Shown one piece after another: positions 27,718-37,719 of a stretch of 64,000 bases of DNA. Below the pieces are notes generated by a model. It was not told where the DNA came from. It did no database searches and saw only the letters and a program-made list of their open reading frames with translations. The stretch spans positions 9,903-73,902 of the forward strand of contig MEZX01000003.1 of assembly GCA_001774395.1 (NCBI GenBank), read 5' to 3'. The position numbers were made by a program, and so were the translations under genes. Positions within the stretch are counted from its first letter, which is position 1. Each line of letters opens with the position of its first letter. The stretch is from Candidatus Berkelbacteria bacterium RIFCSPLOWO2_01_FULL_50_28 (GTDB lineage: Bacteria > Patescibacteriota > UBA1384 > 2-12-FULL-50-11).

Positions 27718-29019
27718 ATGAAAATTCCAAATCTACGTCGAATTTTTCAACGATTAAGTCGACTGGTTTGGGAGTATGAAAAAGTGTTATTGGCACTTCT
27801 CTCGATAGTTATCGTCATATCGGGCACGTTTTGGTATCGACAGTTTGCGTCAACCAGGAGCGATGCGCCCTCTGTTGGCGGGACGGTAATTGTTGGGGTG
27901 ATCGGCGGCCAGGAGGAGTTGCGCTTAATTGCTACCCGCCTAACTAAGGCCGGCTTATTCTCCATCGACCGCGATGGCAAATTGCAAAATCTTCTTGTCT
28001 CTTCCTGGAGTGTGAATCGCGCACAGACGGAGTTCAATTTCAAACTACGACCGAGTGTAAATTTAGATGAGATTTCATCGGCGTTGCAAAGTCAAACTGG
28101 AGTACTCGGTCAGGCCATCGTGAGTACAAGAAAAGGACGTCTAGTTATTAAAGTAAGCGAAAGCAACCCAAGCTTGCCGTTGCTCCTAGCACGGCCTTTT
28201 TTTGACTACGGCTCTTACAAAGTTAGCAACAGTAGTAACACCACCGCGGTTTTTGTGCGCAACACTCGCGAGGATGCTCTGCCGGCCTTTATCAATAAAG
28301 TAGTGGTTCATGCCTATGAGCAAACTGAGGATCTGAATAATGCGCTCAAGAGGCGGCGGTTGGATATCGCAACGAGCAGTGAGGGGATTGAACAACCAAG
28401 CGGTTACACTACTTACAACGCCAATCTAAGCCGTTACTACGCTCTCCTGTTTAATACGAATCGTTTCTCACTGCGCGACTCGGCACTCAGGCAGCGTCTT
28501 ATCCAAAAGAAAAAGCCTCTCAATACAGCAATATTCTCGCTCATCTCGCCCGATCAGCAGCCGCAGAGGACATTGGCAGAGGCTTTGGTCTCGCGGTGGA
28601 AACTCCTTGGCGCAAAGGTAAACCTCAGCCTAAAGCCGCAAGATGAGATCGCGACAGGTATCGCTCCGGCTCGCAACTTTGACGCCATGGTTATCGGGCT
28701 CGACTACGGTTTTGAGCTGGATCCGTACTACTTCTGGCATTCCTCGCAGCTTCGCATTATGGGTAATAATTTTTCTGGACTTAACAGCCCCCAGATTGAT
28801 AAGACGCTTGCAAAGATACGCCAGAGTTTGAACGCCAGTACTCGTCGCAACCTCCTCATTCAGCTTCATAGCGAGATTCGTCGCCAGGCCGCCGGGAGAA
28901 TCCTCCAACAAGAGAGCGTGAAATTTGTCGTATCGTCGGGGGTGAGGTTCGTTCCGCCGTTTTTGGCTTCAACGACCGCGGATATCTTCCAAGCCCTGCC
29001 GCTTTGGTCGGTGAAGTAG
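27718..29019 (+). CDS. ABC substrate-binding protein, family 5-like (divergent)
   Basis: N-terminal TM; DPYYFWHSSQ..GNNFSG..N..ID..L. Confidence 0.75.
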   Translation: MKIPNLRRIFQRLSRLVWEYEKVLLALLSIVIVISGTFWYRQFASTRSDAPSVGGTVIVGVIGGQEELRLIATRLTKAGLFSIDRDGKLQNLLVSSWSVNRAQTEFNFKLRPSVNLDEISSALQSQTGVLGQAIVSTRKGRLVIKVSESNPSLPLLLARPFFDYGSYKVSNSSNTTAVFVRNTREDALPAFINKVVVHAYEQTEDLNNALKRRRLDIATSSEGIEQPSGYTTYNANLSRYYALLFNTNRFSLRDSALRQRLIQKKKPLNTAIFSLISPDQQPQRTLAEALVSRWKLLGAKVNLSLKPQDEIATGIAPARNFDAMVIGLDYGFELDPYYFWHSSQLRIMGNNFSGLNSPQIDKTLAKIRQSLNASTRRNLLIQLHSEIRRQAAGRILQQESVKFVVSSGVRFVPPFLASTTADIFQALPLWSVK

Positions 29020-29118
29020 TGAAAAACCGTTCTTAACTGGTATAATTAGCTGTGTCCATTGCCCGGATGGCGAAATCTCCCTATTGGTTGAATTCGCCAC
29101 CCGGAAAGAAGAGCCATT

Positions 29119-29201
29119 GCCCGGATGGCGAAATGGTAGACGCGCACGCTTCAGGTGCGTGTGAGCGTAAGCTCATGGAGGTTCAAGTCCTCTTCCGGGC
29201 A
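29119..29201 (+). tRNA. tRNA-Leu(CAG)
   Basis: Anticodon loop TTCAGGT, long variable arm. Confidence 0.95.
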
Positions 29202-29204
29202 CGA

Positions 29205-29288
29205 GCGCGAGTGCTGTAATTGGTAGCCAGGCATCCTTGAGGTGGATGTGGGGGTAACCCCGTGGAGGTTCAAGTCCTCTCTCGCGCA
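29205..29288 (+). tRNA. tRNA-Leu(GAG)
   Basis: Anticodon loop TTGAGGT, long variable arm. Confidence 0.95.
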
Positions 29289-29379
29289 CAGATCGAAAAA
29301 ATAGGGCTGTAAAGCCTTGAAAAAGTAATCATACTGTAGTAAGATTCGCCCAGTTCCTTAGGAGCTAAGGAGTAGCATA

Positions 29380-29772
29380 ATGGTTTTCAAAACCGTAACT
29401 CCCGAGATGATTGAGGCATTTGCCGAAATCTCGGGGGATCGCAACCGCCTGCACTTCGATGACGTGTTTGCCAAGAAGACTTTGAACGGAAAGTGCAACG
29501 GTCGGATCGCCCACGGCGCATTGATCTTTGCCTTACTCAGCGGTTACATCGCCCATGAGTTTGGCGATGGCACCACGGTCCGCAAGGCCGAGTGCTGTTT
29601 CAAACTGCCTTTCGAGCCGGGTGACGGTGCGGGCTTCTCTCACACCATTGTTGCTTCCCGAACAGTAGGATCGGCCGTGCTCGCTGACGTTGAGGTAAGC
29701 GTCGTCAGACAGCGCGGTGGAGTTGAAGAGGTTGTTGGCAAGACGGCACTCGTGCTCTTGCAGCCTCTCTAG
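29380..29772 (+). CDS. MaoC-like hot-dog fold dehydratase
   Basis: FAEISGDRN.LH.D..FA...RIAHG; own promoter, SD and terminator ~29792-29827. Confidence 0.85.
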   Translation: MVFKTVTPEMIEAFAEISGDRNRLHFDDVFAKKTLNGKCNGRIAHGALIFALLSGYIAHEFGDGTTVRKAECCFKLPFEPGDGAGFSHTIVASRTVGSAVLADVEVSVVRQRGGVEEVVGKTALVLLQPL

Positions 29773-29867
29773 CCCCCGGCAGCTTCCAATCAGTGCCGCG
29801 GTGGATGTTCCACCTCGGCACTTCTTTATATACCAAGAAAAATTAGCTAAAATACTTTAGTAGTTAC

Positions 29868-29939
29868 GCCGAAGTAGCTCAGTGGTAGAGCACGCCCCTG
29901 AAGAGGGTGGTGTCGTCAGTTCGATTCTGACCTTCGGCA
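29868..29939 (+). tRNA. tRNA-Phe(GAA)
   Basis: Anticodon loop CTGAAGA. Confidence 0.95.
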
Positions 29940-29954
29940 CGACATAATCAAAAA

Positions 29955-30509
29955 ATGTATAAAGAAGTTGAGATAAAAGCAAAATTAACCGATCCAGCCA
30001 AAACCCTAAAACTTTTAGCGAATTTTGGCATTGAGTTTGGCCCGCCTATCCACCAACACGATAAAATATTTTCTCCTCGCGATCTTGAAGACTTCGGAGC
30101 ATTTCATCAAGGCATAAGTTTTCTCCGTGTTCGACGACAAGACGACGACGCCTTTTTCACCCTCAAGAAATCTGAATTAAATGAGCTGGAAAGTACAGAA
30201 ATCGAGACGAAAGTTAGTGACCCCGAAGCAACCGAGAATATTATCCGCGAAGTTGGGTATGTGTTCTCGACAGAAGTTCGCAAAACTCGCCGCAAAGCCA
30301 AGCACAACGACACCGAGCTATGCTATGACGAGGTGGAGGATCTGGGTACGTTCATCGAACTGGAGCGGATTATGGAAATGGGCAGCGACGTCGAGAAAGC
30401 CCAAGGCGAGTTGTTCGAATTCTTGAAACAATTTGGGGTGGACGAGGCCGATAGAGTCACCAAGGGCTACGACACACTAATGCTTACTCTGGCCGACAGC
30501 AAACAATGA
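29955..30509 (+). CDS. CYTH-domain protein (class IV adenylate cyclase CyaB-like)
   Basis: EVEIKAK, LRVR, K.RR, D.VE.LG.FIELE. Confidence 0.88.
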   Translation: MYKEVEIKAKLTDPAKTLKLLANFGIEFGPPIHQHDKIFSPRDLEDFGAFHQGISFLRVRRQDDDAFFTLKKSELNELESTEIETKVSDPEATENIIREVGYVFSTEVRKTRRKAKHNDTELCYDEVEDLGTFIELERIMEMGSDVEKAQGELFEFLKQFGVDEADRVTKGYDTLMLTLADSKQ

Positions 30510-30829
30510 TCACTATCGAAGACTTTCAAAAATTAGACATTCGCATCGGCACGATAAAAAGCGCCGAGCGGCTTGAGGACTCAAAAAGACTCCTGAAGCT
30601 AACTGTCGACTTTGGCGATGAGACACGAACGATTCTAGCCGGCATTAGCAAAACCGTGGAAGACCCTGAAACGCTGGTCGGTAAACAGTCACCTTTTCTC
30701 TTTAATCTTGAACCGAAAGAATTAGCTGGCGTCACCAGCGAAGGAATGATGCTCTGCGCTTCCAGCGATGATGCCCCCGTTATGCTGTCTCCAGTAACCG
30801 AAGTGAAACCAGGCAGTCAAATTTCATGA
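30506..30829 (+). CDS. tRNA-binding OB-fold protein (MetRS C-terminal/Trbp111-like)
   Basis: ITIEDFQKLDIRIG.I..AE, RTILAGI, NLEP..L.G..SEGM. Confidence 0.9.
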   Translation: MITIEDFQKLDIRIGTIKSAERLEDSKRLLKLTVDFGDETRTILAGISKTVEDPETLVGKQSPFLFNLEPKELAGVTSEGMMLCASSDDAPVMLSPVTEVKPGSQIS

Positions 30830-31314
30830 CAGAATTTTTCACGAGCCGATTTGCTACTATCGATAACTATTTCCAAACCCAGCATTTTTGGGACACGGGC
30901 TGGAAGAATCTCTTTTCGTGGAGTTTTTGGAGCGAAGGCGCTCCATCGCCAGATTCGCAGTACTATCTATTCACCGCGATACTACTGGTGCTCTCAGTTG
31001 GATTACTTATTTTTTGGCGAGTAAGAATAAAAAAAGCCCACAAAATTACCCCCGTTTTCCAGCTTCCGTTAGCCCAATTGGCCAACATTATCGCGTTCGT
31101 GATAATTATCGGCATTACCTATTACTTCTTTCGCTCTCAGGGCATCGTTTACCTGTCGAGCCGCTTGGTAGTCCTACTCTCGCTGATTGTTGCAGCCCTG
31201 TGGTTAGGCTGGGTGGCAATCTATTTGAAGAGGGTCGCTCCGCGCAAACAATCTCAGTACCTTGAACAAGAGCGCTTTTTCAGGTATATTCCATCAAAGA
31301 GGAAGAATAAATGA
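30826..31314 (+). CDS. Hypothetical membrane protein
   Basis: Three TM helices, C-terminal RYIP. Confidence 0.7.
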   Translation: MTEFFTSRFATIDNYFQTQHFWDTGWKNLFSWSFWSEGAPSPDSQYYLFTAILLVLSVGLLIFWRVRIKKAHKITPVFQLPLAQLANIIAFVIIIGITYYFFRSQGIVYLSSRLVVLLSLIVAALWLGWVAIYLKRVAPRKQSQYLEQERFFRYIPSKRKNK

Positions 31315-32426
31315 GCAGCCCAACATCCACAACTAAAACCCCCACAACCATGGCCGAGCTCGTCGAGCTACTCGGCGACAAGCTAATTCCATTTACTGAT
31401 GGCGATGTCATCGACGTTATCATTCTTTCCACTTCTAAAGATTCAATTATGGTTGATGTTGCCGGCCTGGCGACAGGCATCATTCCCGAAAAAGAGTTCT
31501 CCGCCGAAGCCACCCGTTTGAAAGCCGGCGACAAGGTACGAGCCTACGTAATGACGGCTGAAAATGATAAGGGTTACGCCATTCTCTCGTTGAAACGCGC
31601 CGAAAAAGAAAAGCTGTGGAACATGCTCGAAGCCCGCAATACGACCGGTGAGATTATCGCCGTCAAAATTGTTCAAGCCAATAAGGGTGGGCTGGTTGCT
31701 GAGTACGGCAACATGCAAGGCTTCATTCCGGTAAGCCAGCTTTCCGCCAAACACTACCCTCGTGTGAACGGCGACCGCGCTAAGATTAAAGAAAAGCTTG
31801 AAGAACTCATCGGCCAAAGCATTGAAGTAAAAATTATGAGTTACGACCGTGGCAGTAACAAGATCGTATTTTCAGAGAAAGCCGTCGGCGACGCCGATCA
31901 AGAAGAGAAGGCGAAACAGTTCACGATCGGCCAACACGTTAAAGGTAAAGTAACCGGCATCGTAGATTTCGGTCTCTTTGTCGACATCGGCGAGATGGAA
32001 GCCTTGGTTCACATCTCTCAGGTTTCCTGGCAGCGCGTTACCAACCTTAAAGAAAACTTCCAGGTTGGCCAGGAAATCGAAGCAGAAGTAGTTAATGTAG
32101 AAGGCAGCCGTGTTTCACTTTCAATCAAAAAGCTTCAGGCCGACCCATGGCAGAGCGAAGTGAAGAACTTTGAAGCCGGTACACTAGTGAAAGGCGAGAT
32201 TGTGACCGTGACGCCGTACGGGGCGTTTGTAAAATTGTCAGAAAATATGGTCGGACTTTTCCGCACGACAGCGCCAGCTGAGGGCGAAGAGGCGCAAGCG
32301 CCTGTTGTAGAAGGTAAAACCTACGACTTCGAAATTGTCTCTATCGAGCCGGAGCTGCGGAAGATCTCCCTGAAGTTGGCTGAGAGTAAAGCAAAACCGC
32401 AGAAAAATGCTAAATCTAAAAAGTAA
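31311..32426 (+). CDS. rpsA: 30S ribosomal protein S1
   Basis: Four S1 repeats; NKGGL, GFIPVSQL, DFGLFVD, LVHISQVSW. Confidence 0.9.
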   Translation: MSSPTSTTKTPTTMAELVELLGDKLIPFTDGDVIDVIILSTSKDSIMVDVAGLATGIIPEKEFSAEATRLKAGDKVRAYVMTAENDKGYAILSLKRAEKEKLWNMLEARNTTGEIIAVKIVQANKGGLVAEYGNMQGFIPVSQLSAKHYPRVNGDRAKIKEKLEELIGQSIEVKIMSYDRGSNKIVFSEKAVGDADQEEKAKQFTIGQHVKGKVTGIVDFGLFVDIGEMEALVHISQVSWQRVTNLKENFQVGQEIEAEVVNVEGSRVSLSIKKLQADPWQSEVKNFEAGTLVKGEIVTVTPYGAFVKLSENMVGLFRTTAPAEGEEAQAPVVEGKTYDFEIVSIEPELRKISLKLAESKAKPQKNAKSKK

Positions 32427-32862
32427 CTCGAACGGTTTCGAAATAAAGGGTACGGAAAAACTGCTTTTGACTGGCTCGAAACTTTCTCTGGGCGATCTAG
32501 AAGTTTCTTCTCCCGGCGAATACGAACGTGGCGGCGTGGAGATTATTTACGGTCAGTCAGCGTCTTTAATTGTTTGGGAGCGCCTGGAAATAGTTTATGT
32601 TTTTTCAGGAGATAAACCATCAGGTTTTGAAAAGGGACAGTTTTCGCCCTGCGATATTTTAATTATTGACGGTGAAGCAACAAAAATGGAAAAGGCTCAG
32701 GTGAACGAGCTGCTCGAGACGTACGACCCAAATATGGTAGTTTTCCGCGCCTCGCACGTACCTACCGGAATCGACGCAAGCAAAAGCGAACCAGTTGAAT
32801 TACTGAAGCTAAGCGCTCAAACGCTTCCTTCGGAGGGGAGAGAGATCGTTGTTCTGACATGA
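32407..32862 (+). CDS. Hypothetical protein (degenerate MBL-fold-like)
   Basis: SSPGEYE.GGV motif; overlaps both neighbours. Confidence 0.6.
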   Translation: MLNLKSNSNGFEIKGTEKLLLTGSKLSLGDLEVSSPGEYERGGVEIIYGQSASLIVWERLEIVYVFSGDKPSGFEKGQFSPCDILIIDGEATKMEKAQVNELLETYDPNMVVFRASHVPTGIDASKSEPVELLKLSAQTLPSEGREIVVLT

Positions 32863-33800
32863 GCCCGGAAGCCGACGTTTCACGGCTTGTCAGTAGCGCC
32901 CGCCAAATCAATATAATTGTCCACCGTAATCCCGACGGTGATTCGCTTGGCTCCGCTCTTGCCCTGAAGCAAGCCTTCCCAAAAAAGAATATTCGATTGT
33001 TCTGTAAAAGTCCGATACCTTCCGTATTCACTGCAATCTTGGGCCCAATTGAGACAGCCGAACGGCTGGAAAACGCTGACCTGATAATGGTCGTGGACTG
33101 TTCGGAGTTGCATCACACCGGTTACGCCCAAGAGCTACCAAACGCCACCAAATCTGGCTCGCCGCTGGTTGTGATTGATCATCATCGGCAAGGGAACTTA
33201 GTTAAATTAGCCGCGTTTAACTGGTGCGACAGCACCGCATCGACAACAGCCGAACTGGTTAGTCAGCTCCTAGGTAATATGCGTATCGCTTTAAACGCCG
33301 AAATTGCGACTTCCTTGCTACTTGGACTCTACACTGACACCGGCGGTTTCCAGCACCCAAACACCAACAGCGCCACATTACGTCTGGCGGGTCACCTGAT
33401 CGGATGCGGGGCAAAATTACAACAGATCACTGAAAGCCTGGCCGCAAGGCGTAGCTTAATTCAAACAAAACTTTGGGGATATGCCATGAATACCGTTGAA
33501 ATCGATAAAAAAGGGCTGGCCTCGGCAAGGATAAGCCGTCAAACCATGAAAGACCTTGGCGCTGGCGCTGAGGATGCGGCAGGATTGGCCAACTTACTCT
33601 GCCTAACTAACGAGGCACGAGCATCGTTAGTCTTGGTGGAAACCGACTCCGGCTGGCGGGGAACGTTACGGACACGACACAAAGATATGAATATGCACGA
33701 GCTGGCGACGCTCTTCAACGGCAAGGGAACACGGCGAAGTGCCGGTTTCTTAGCGACAAACGAGCTAATTTTAGGTAAAATATTGGACGAGCCAGTGTAA
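32859..33800 (+). CDS. nrnA: DHH family phosphoesterase (NrnA)
   Basis: H.NPDGDSLGS, VVD, IDHH, TDTGGF. Confidence 0.88.
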   Translation: MSPEADVSRLVSSARQINIIVHRNPDGDSLGSALALKQAFPKKNIRLFCKSPIPSVFTAILGPIETAERLENADLIMVVDCSELHHTGYAQELPNATKSGSPLVVIDHHRQGNLVKLAAFNWCDSTASTTAELVSQLLGNMRIALNAEIATSLLLGLYTDTGGFQHPNTNSATLRLAGHLIGCGAKLQQITESLAARRSLIQTKLWGYAMNTVEIDKKGLASARISRQTMKDLGAGAEDAAGLANLLCLTNEARASLVLVETDSGWRGTLRTRHKDMNMHELATLFNGKGTRRSAGFLATNELILGKILDEPV

Positions 33801-33806
33801 AAATTG

Positions 33807-33889
33807 GCCGGGGTGTTGGAATGGTAGACAATAGTGACTTAAAATCACTTGCTCGTAAGAGCGTGCGGGTTCGAGTCCCGCCCCCGGCA
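33807..33889 (+). tRNA. tRNA-Leu(UAA)
   Basis: Anticodon loop CTTAAAA, long variable arm. Confidence 0.95.
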
Positions 33890-33981
33890 CGACCGATTGG
33901 GGTTCGACTGCGAGCCGTCCTAGGCGGCGAGAAGTTGGAGTTCACTGAAAGTGGACGGAAAATCCCCACCTCGGGCACAGA

Positions 33982-34053
33982 GGGCAGTTAGCTCAGTGGT
34001 AGAGCGTCTCGTTTACACCGAGAGGGTCGTAGGTTCGAATCCTACACTGCCCA
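33982..34053 (+). tRNA. tRNA-Val(UAC)
   Basis: Anticodon loop TTTACAC. Confidence 0.95.
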
Positions 34054-34063
34054 CTTTTTTCAC

Positions 34064-35212
34064 TCACGGACTTCCATCCGAGCGAACCAGTTTCTCGAAT
34101 ACCGATATCTGGCGGTTGAGCATTAGCTTGATGGAAAAATTATCTTCGACGAATTTTTTGGCTTTGACGGCGAACCTCTTTTTCGCCGATTCGTTGGCTA
34201 AAGCATCTTCCAGCTCGACGGCATACTTGTTTTCGTCACGCACCACAACTGCCAAACTGTCCGGATAAACTTCCGGCTGAATCGGGGAGTCGAGCGCCAC
34301 CACCGGAGTTCCGGCCAACATAGCCTCGCCGATCACCAGACCCTGCGTTTCGGTTTGCGAAGCAAAGACAAACGCATCACTCCCGCCGTAAATACGCTGG
34401 GTATCTTCTTTTGGTAGCGGGCCGGTGCAAATTACTTGGTTCTCAACGCCAAGCGATTTCGCATCCGCCATCGCTTCGTCCAAATCACCGGGTCCCACCA
34501 ATAACAAAACTGCGGTTTTTTGCCGCAATACCGGCGCACACATCGTTAACAACTTGGTGATATTCTTTTCTTTCGAAACCCGACCGACATAAAGCAAGAT
34601 TTTTGACGCCGGGCTGAAATGAAACCGCGCCGCCAGTTCCAAGCGAGAAAAATTATTACTTGGCATCGAAATGCCCGTAGGAATAACATAAATCTGTTTT
34701 TTGACGCCGTAAGCCGCTAGTCGTTTCGCAATAACTTTGCTTGGGGTAATTACAGCGTTCATCGCGTTAGCGACAGTTTTGGAGCGATGCGCCATCACCC
34801 GAGCACCAGCCTCGCCAGCGTAAAGTCGGCCGTACTCCTCAACCATAGTATGATAGGTAAGAACTCTCGCCTTCTTAGAGCGTTTCATCAGTCGTTCAAA
34901 AGCATTCTCCGACCAGGTAAGGGTGTGTAACCAGAAAGCGTCCGGCTCAAAACGAGAGATGAGGTCTGCAAACTCACCCGCCGCGGCAGCGCCAAACATC
35001 CGTTCCTTCTTATGCATCGCCGAGAGAAACCAGCGACTAATCGGCGAGGCAACGATAGGATGGTGCTCTGGCCGGACTTGGCCCATAGCGTAGCGTGGCG
35101 CGACGATCGCTATCTCATGTCCGGCACGAACGAATCCATCGACACTTGTGTTGATTGACGTTGTAACGCCGTTTGCCAGCGGATAGGTTAACGACCCCAC
35201 CAGAATTTTCAT
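34064..35212 (-). CDS. Glycosyltransferase family 4
   Basis: NGV.TS, LYVGRVSKEKN, FASQTETQGLVIGEAM..G.PVV. Confidence 0.93.
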   Translation of the reverse strand: MKILVGSLTYPLANGVTTSINTSVDGFVRAGHEIAIVAPRYAMGQVRPEHHPIVASPISRWFLSAMHKKERMFGAAAAGEFADLISRFEPDAFWLHTLTWSENAFERLMKRSKKARVLTYHTMVEEYGRLYAGEAGARVMAHRSKTVANAMNAVITPSKVIAKRLAAYGVKKQIYVIPTGISMPSNNFSRLELAARFHFSPASKILLYVGRVSKEKNITKLLTMCAPVLRQKTAVLLLVGPGDLDEAMADAKSLGVENQVICTGPLPKEDTQRIYGGSDAFVFASQTETQGLVIGEAMLAGTPVVALDSPIQPEVYPDSLAVVVRDENKYAVELEDALANESAKKRFAVKAKKFVEDNFSIKLMLNRQISVFEKLVRSDGSP

Positions 35213-35218
35213 ATCTTT

Positions 35219-36241
35219 TTAGGACTTTCGCGAGGAGCCGAACGTGTGACGAATAACTTGCCAATCTTCAGCAATCACGGAGATTACTGCCGCCATCGGT
35301 ACACCGAGCAAGATACCCATTAAGCCGTAGAGCTTGCCGCCAACCAGAATCGCCAGAATAACGATAAATGGATTTAGGCCAACGGCTTTGGACATGACTT
35401 TCGGAACGATAATATTACCTTCAAGCTGTTGCACGATAATGTACACTATCAAAACCAAAAACCCCTGGAGCGGTGAGGCCACCAAACCGACAATTACACC
35501 CGGAATTGCGCCGAGCCACGGACCCAGAATTGGCACAACTTCGGTTAATCCAGCCCAAACGCCAAGGGAGAGAGCGTAATCTGACCCAACAATAAGCAAA
35601 CCAAGCGTGATTAATACCCCGACAATTAGCATTAGTAGCAGCTGTCCCCGTACCCACGAGCCGAGTTTTCCGGTAATTTTACGCGTTGTCTCGGCTAGCG
35701 CTCCGTGCCATTCGGCTGGCAGAATTCCCTTGTAAATTCTCCTCAGGCCGTCCTCTTCCAGCAACAGGTAGAAACTCAGGACAATCACTGTAATTACCGC
35801 CACTACACCGCTCACAACTCCCACAGTTCTCGTGAAAAGGAATTCGCCGATATTGCTTAAGTAACTCGAGATTTGGTTGATGTTTCTTACGGCCACGTCA
35901 GCCATCGACGACAGGAAACCAGACGGCTGTTGCGATAGCTTCTCGGTATAGGCTGGCAAATTAGCGCTGAATTGCTGCAACTGATCGATAAACGGCGGAA
36001 TAATCAGCGAGAAAATCATCCCGAGCAGGACGAAAATAATTACAAAAACGGAAACGACTGCTCCAGGACGGGTGATGGTTTTGGCCCATCGATCAACGGT
36101 GGGAGACAGACCGGCAACGATGATTAGGACCAAGAATAACAGCACCAACACATCGCGAATGGCAAAGAGAAACCAAACGCCTAGTAAAAACAGGGCTATT
36201 CGAACCAGAGTCGAAGTGGATATCTCTATTTTCGTTGTCAT
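35219..36241 (-). CDS. AI-2E family transporter
   Basis: WVRGQL, P.LGP, QQLEGN.IVPKVM..AVGLNP. Confidence 0.92.
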   Translation of the reverse strand: MTTKIEISTSTLVRIALFLLGVWFLFAIRDVLVLLFLVLIIVAGLSPTVDRWAKTITRPGAVVSVFVIIFVLLGMIFSLIIPPFIDQLQQFSANLPAYTEKLSQQPSGFLSSMADVAVRNINQISSYLSNIGEFLFTRTVGVVSGVVAVITVIVLSFYLLLEEDGLRRIYKGILPAEWHGALAETTRKITGKLGSWVRGQLLLMLIVGVLITLGLLIVGSDYALSLGVWAGLTEVVPILGPWLGAIPGVIVGLVASPLQGFLVLIVYIIVQQLEGNIIVPKVMSKAVGLNPFIVILAILVGGKLYGLMGILLGVPMAAVISVIAEDWQVIRHTFGSSRKS

Positions 36242-36299
36242 TAGCTTTAGTGTAGAAGAAAACGCGTTGCAGTCAAACTACTGTCGGGTCCTGTGAGCT

Positions 36300-36375
36300 T
36301 GGTCGGGGATGCCAGACTCGAACTGGCGGCCTCCGCGTCCCAAACGCGGCGCGCTACCAACTGCGCCAATCCCCG
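36300..36375 (-). tRNA. tRNA-Pro(UGG)
   Basis: Minus-strand cloverleaf CGGGGAT...; loop TTTGGGA; encoded CCA. Confidence 0.95.
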
Positions 36376-36607
36376 GCCAAGCTCACGATCATCAGCAGGC
36401 GCGCTTCCTGGGCTCGACCGTCGTAAGTATACGACAGGGTCTCGCCCGCCTCAACGAATCGAAGCAAAGCAGTTTGCTTCTTATTACCGTTTCGGCCCAA
36501 CTGCCCGCCCGCAACGCCAGCAAGCTTGTCTTGCGTGGCGGGCGCGGCGCCACACCCCGAAGAGCTCTATCTTACCTGAATTCAAGAGAAAATGGAGGGG
36601 CTAGACT

Positions 36608-37015
36608 CTACAAATACAGCCGTCCGATCGCGACAATGACAACGAAAGCGACCAGCGAGGCCCAGGTTAGAACCGGCAAGCCTTTAAGCGCTTCAGAATT
36701 ACCAGCAATGCCCGATGAGACTTTAGCATCGATCAAACGCACCGCCACCAGATAATCAAGGACTATTAATCCCATTTTTACCCAAAACCAAGGATTGGTG
36801 CCGGTATCCTCCCACTCCACATAGGCCATGTAAACACCGGTGATAACAAGCACCGACATGCCGTAGATGCCGAACCGACGGACAAACTTAATCGCTTTTA
36901 GTTTAAACCCGTCAAGCGGCCTAGAAACGGAAAATGCCAGCGAAAAAAAGACTACACCAACTACAACGCAGGCACCGAGAATGTGAAGCAGTAAGACAAT
37001 ATCGTGCAATTCCAT
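36608..37015 (-). CDS. Four-TM membrane protein (DUF2269/CopD-like)
   Basis: LLHILGA, ITG.YM, W..VK..L. Confidence 0.7.
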   Translation of the reverse strand: MELHDIVLLLHILGACVVVGVVFFSLAFSVSRPLDGFKLKAIKFVRRFGIYGMSVLVITGVYMAYVEWEDTGTNPWFWVKMGLIVLDYLVAVRLIDAKVSSGIAGNSEALKGLPVLTWASLVAFVVIVAIGRLYL

Positions 37016-37669
37016 CTAACCTCCTTGTAATGTTAACTCGTCCGTCAGAGCATTTTTGATCTCCGTGGAAGAGCTTTGGTCAGAGCGGAAAGTGAAAATC
37101 ACCCACGGGTTGATTCCAGCTGGTTGGTACAGTTTGAAAGCGTATTTTAGCCATTTTTGGGTAACCGTACTTCTGAAAATATAGGCATTTCTGTAGCCGT
37201 AGTACGGCTCGTCGAGCAGGGTGATTGTCTGGCTCGTCACACCAGTATCCCTAACAATATATTTTGGGAATATTTTGGTTGAGCCGTTGGTCTGAACCAA
37301 CCGCATTTCTAAATCAGCCGGCTCGTCGCTAGTGGTGCCGCTCAATCTCCAATCAATTTTGGCGCCGTTACTGGTGTCAATTGTCCACGAGCCGGGGAAA
37401 TCGAACGTAATACCGAAGCTCTCAACCGTCAAGATAGTGTTTTCATCGTCGATCTTTACCACCACGCCGCCTTCTAGCTCAGCTGCTTCGGCAACGTCGG
37501 CGGCCCGGTTGCCAGCGTGTTCAACCGTTAAAGTTTCCACTTTTTCGTGCACGGTAAGCTTGGCGTACAGATAGCCGTACGCTAAGTAGAACAGTCCAAG
37601 CGCAATGGCAATAACGAGCACAACAAGTAGCCAGCGGCGCCGGTTTTTTGGTTCTTGGTTATCTTCCAT
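37016..37669 (-). CDS. Membrane-anchored surface protein
   Basis: N-terminal TM; FGITFDFPGSW (PsbP-like start). Confidence 0.7.
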   Translation of the reverse strand: MEDNQEPKNRRRWLLVVLVIAIALGLFYLAYGYLYAKLTVHEKVETLTVEHAGNRAADVAEAAELEGGVVVKIDDENTILTVESFGITFDFPGSWTIDTSNGAKIDWRLSGTTSDEPADLEMRLVQTNGSTKIFPKYIVRDTGVTSQTITLLDEPYYGYRNAYIFRSTVTQKWLKYAFKLYQPAGINPWVIFTFRSDQSSSTEIKNALTDELTLQGG

Positions 37670-37719
37670 ACCCTAACGATACACGAGTCCGTCGCCCAGG
37701 GCGACGTTGCGGCTCGAGG

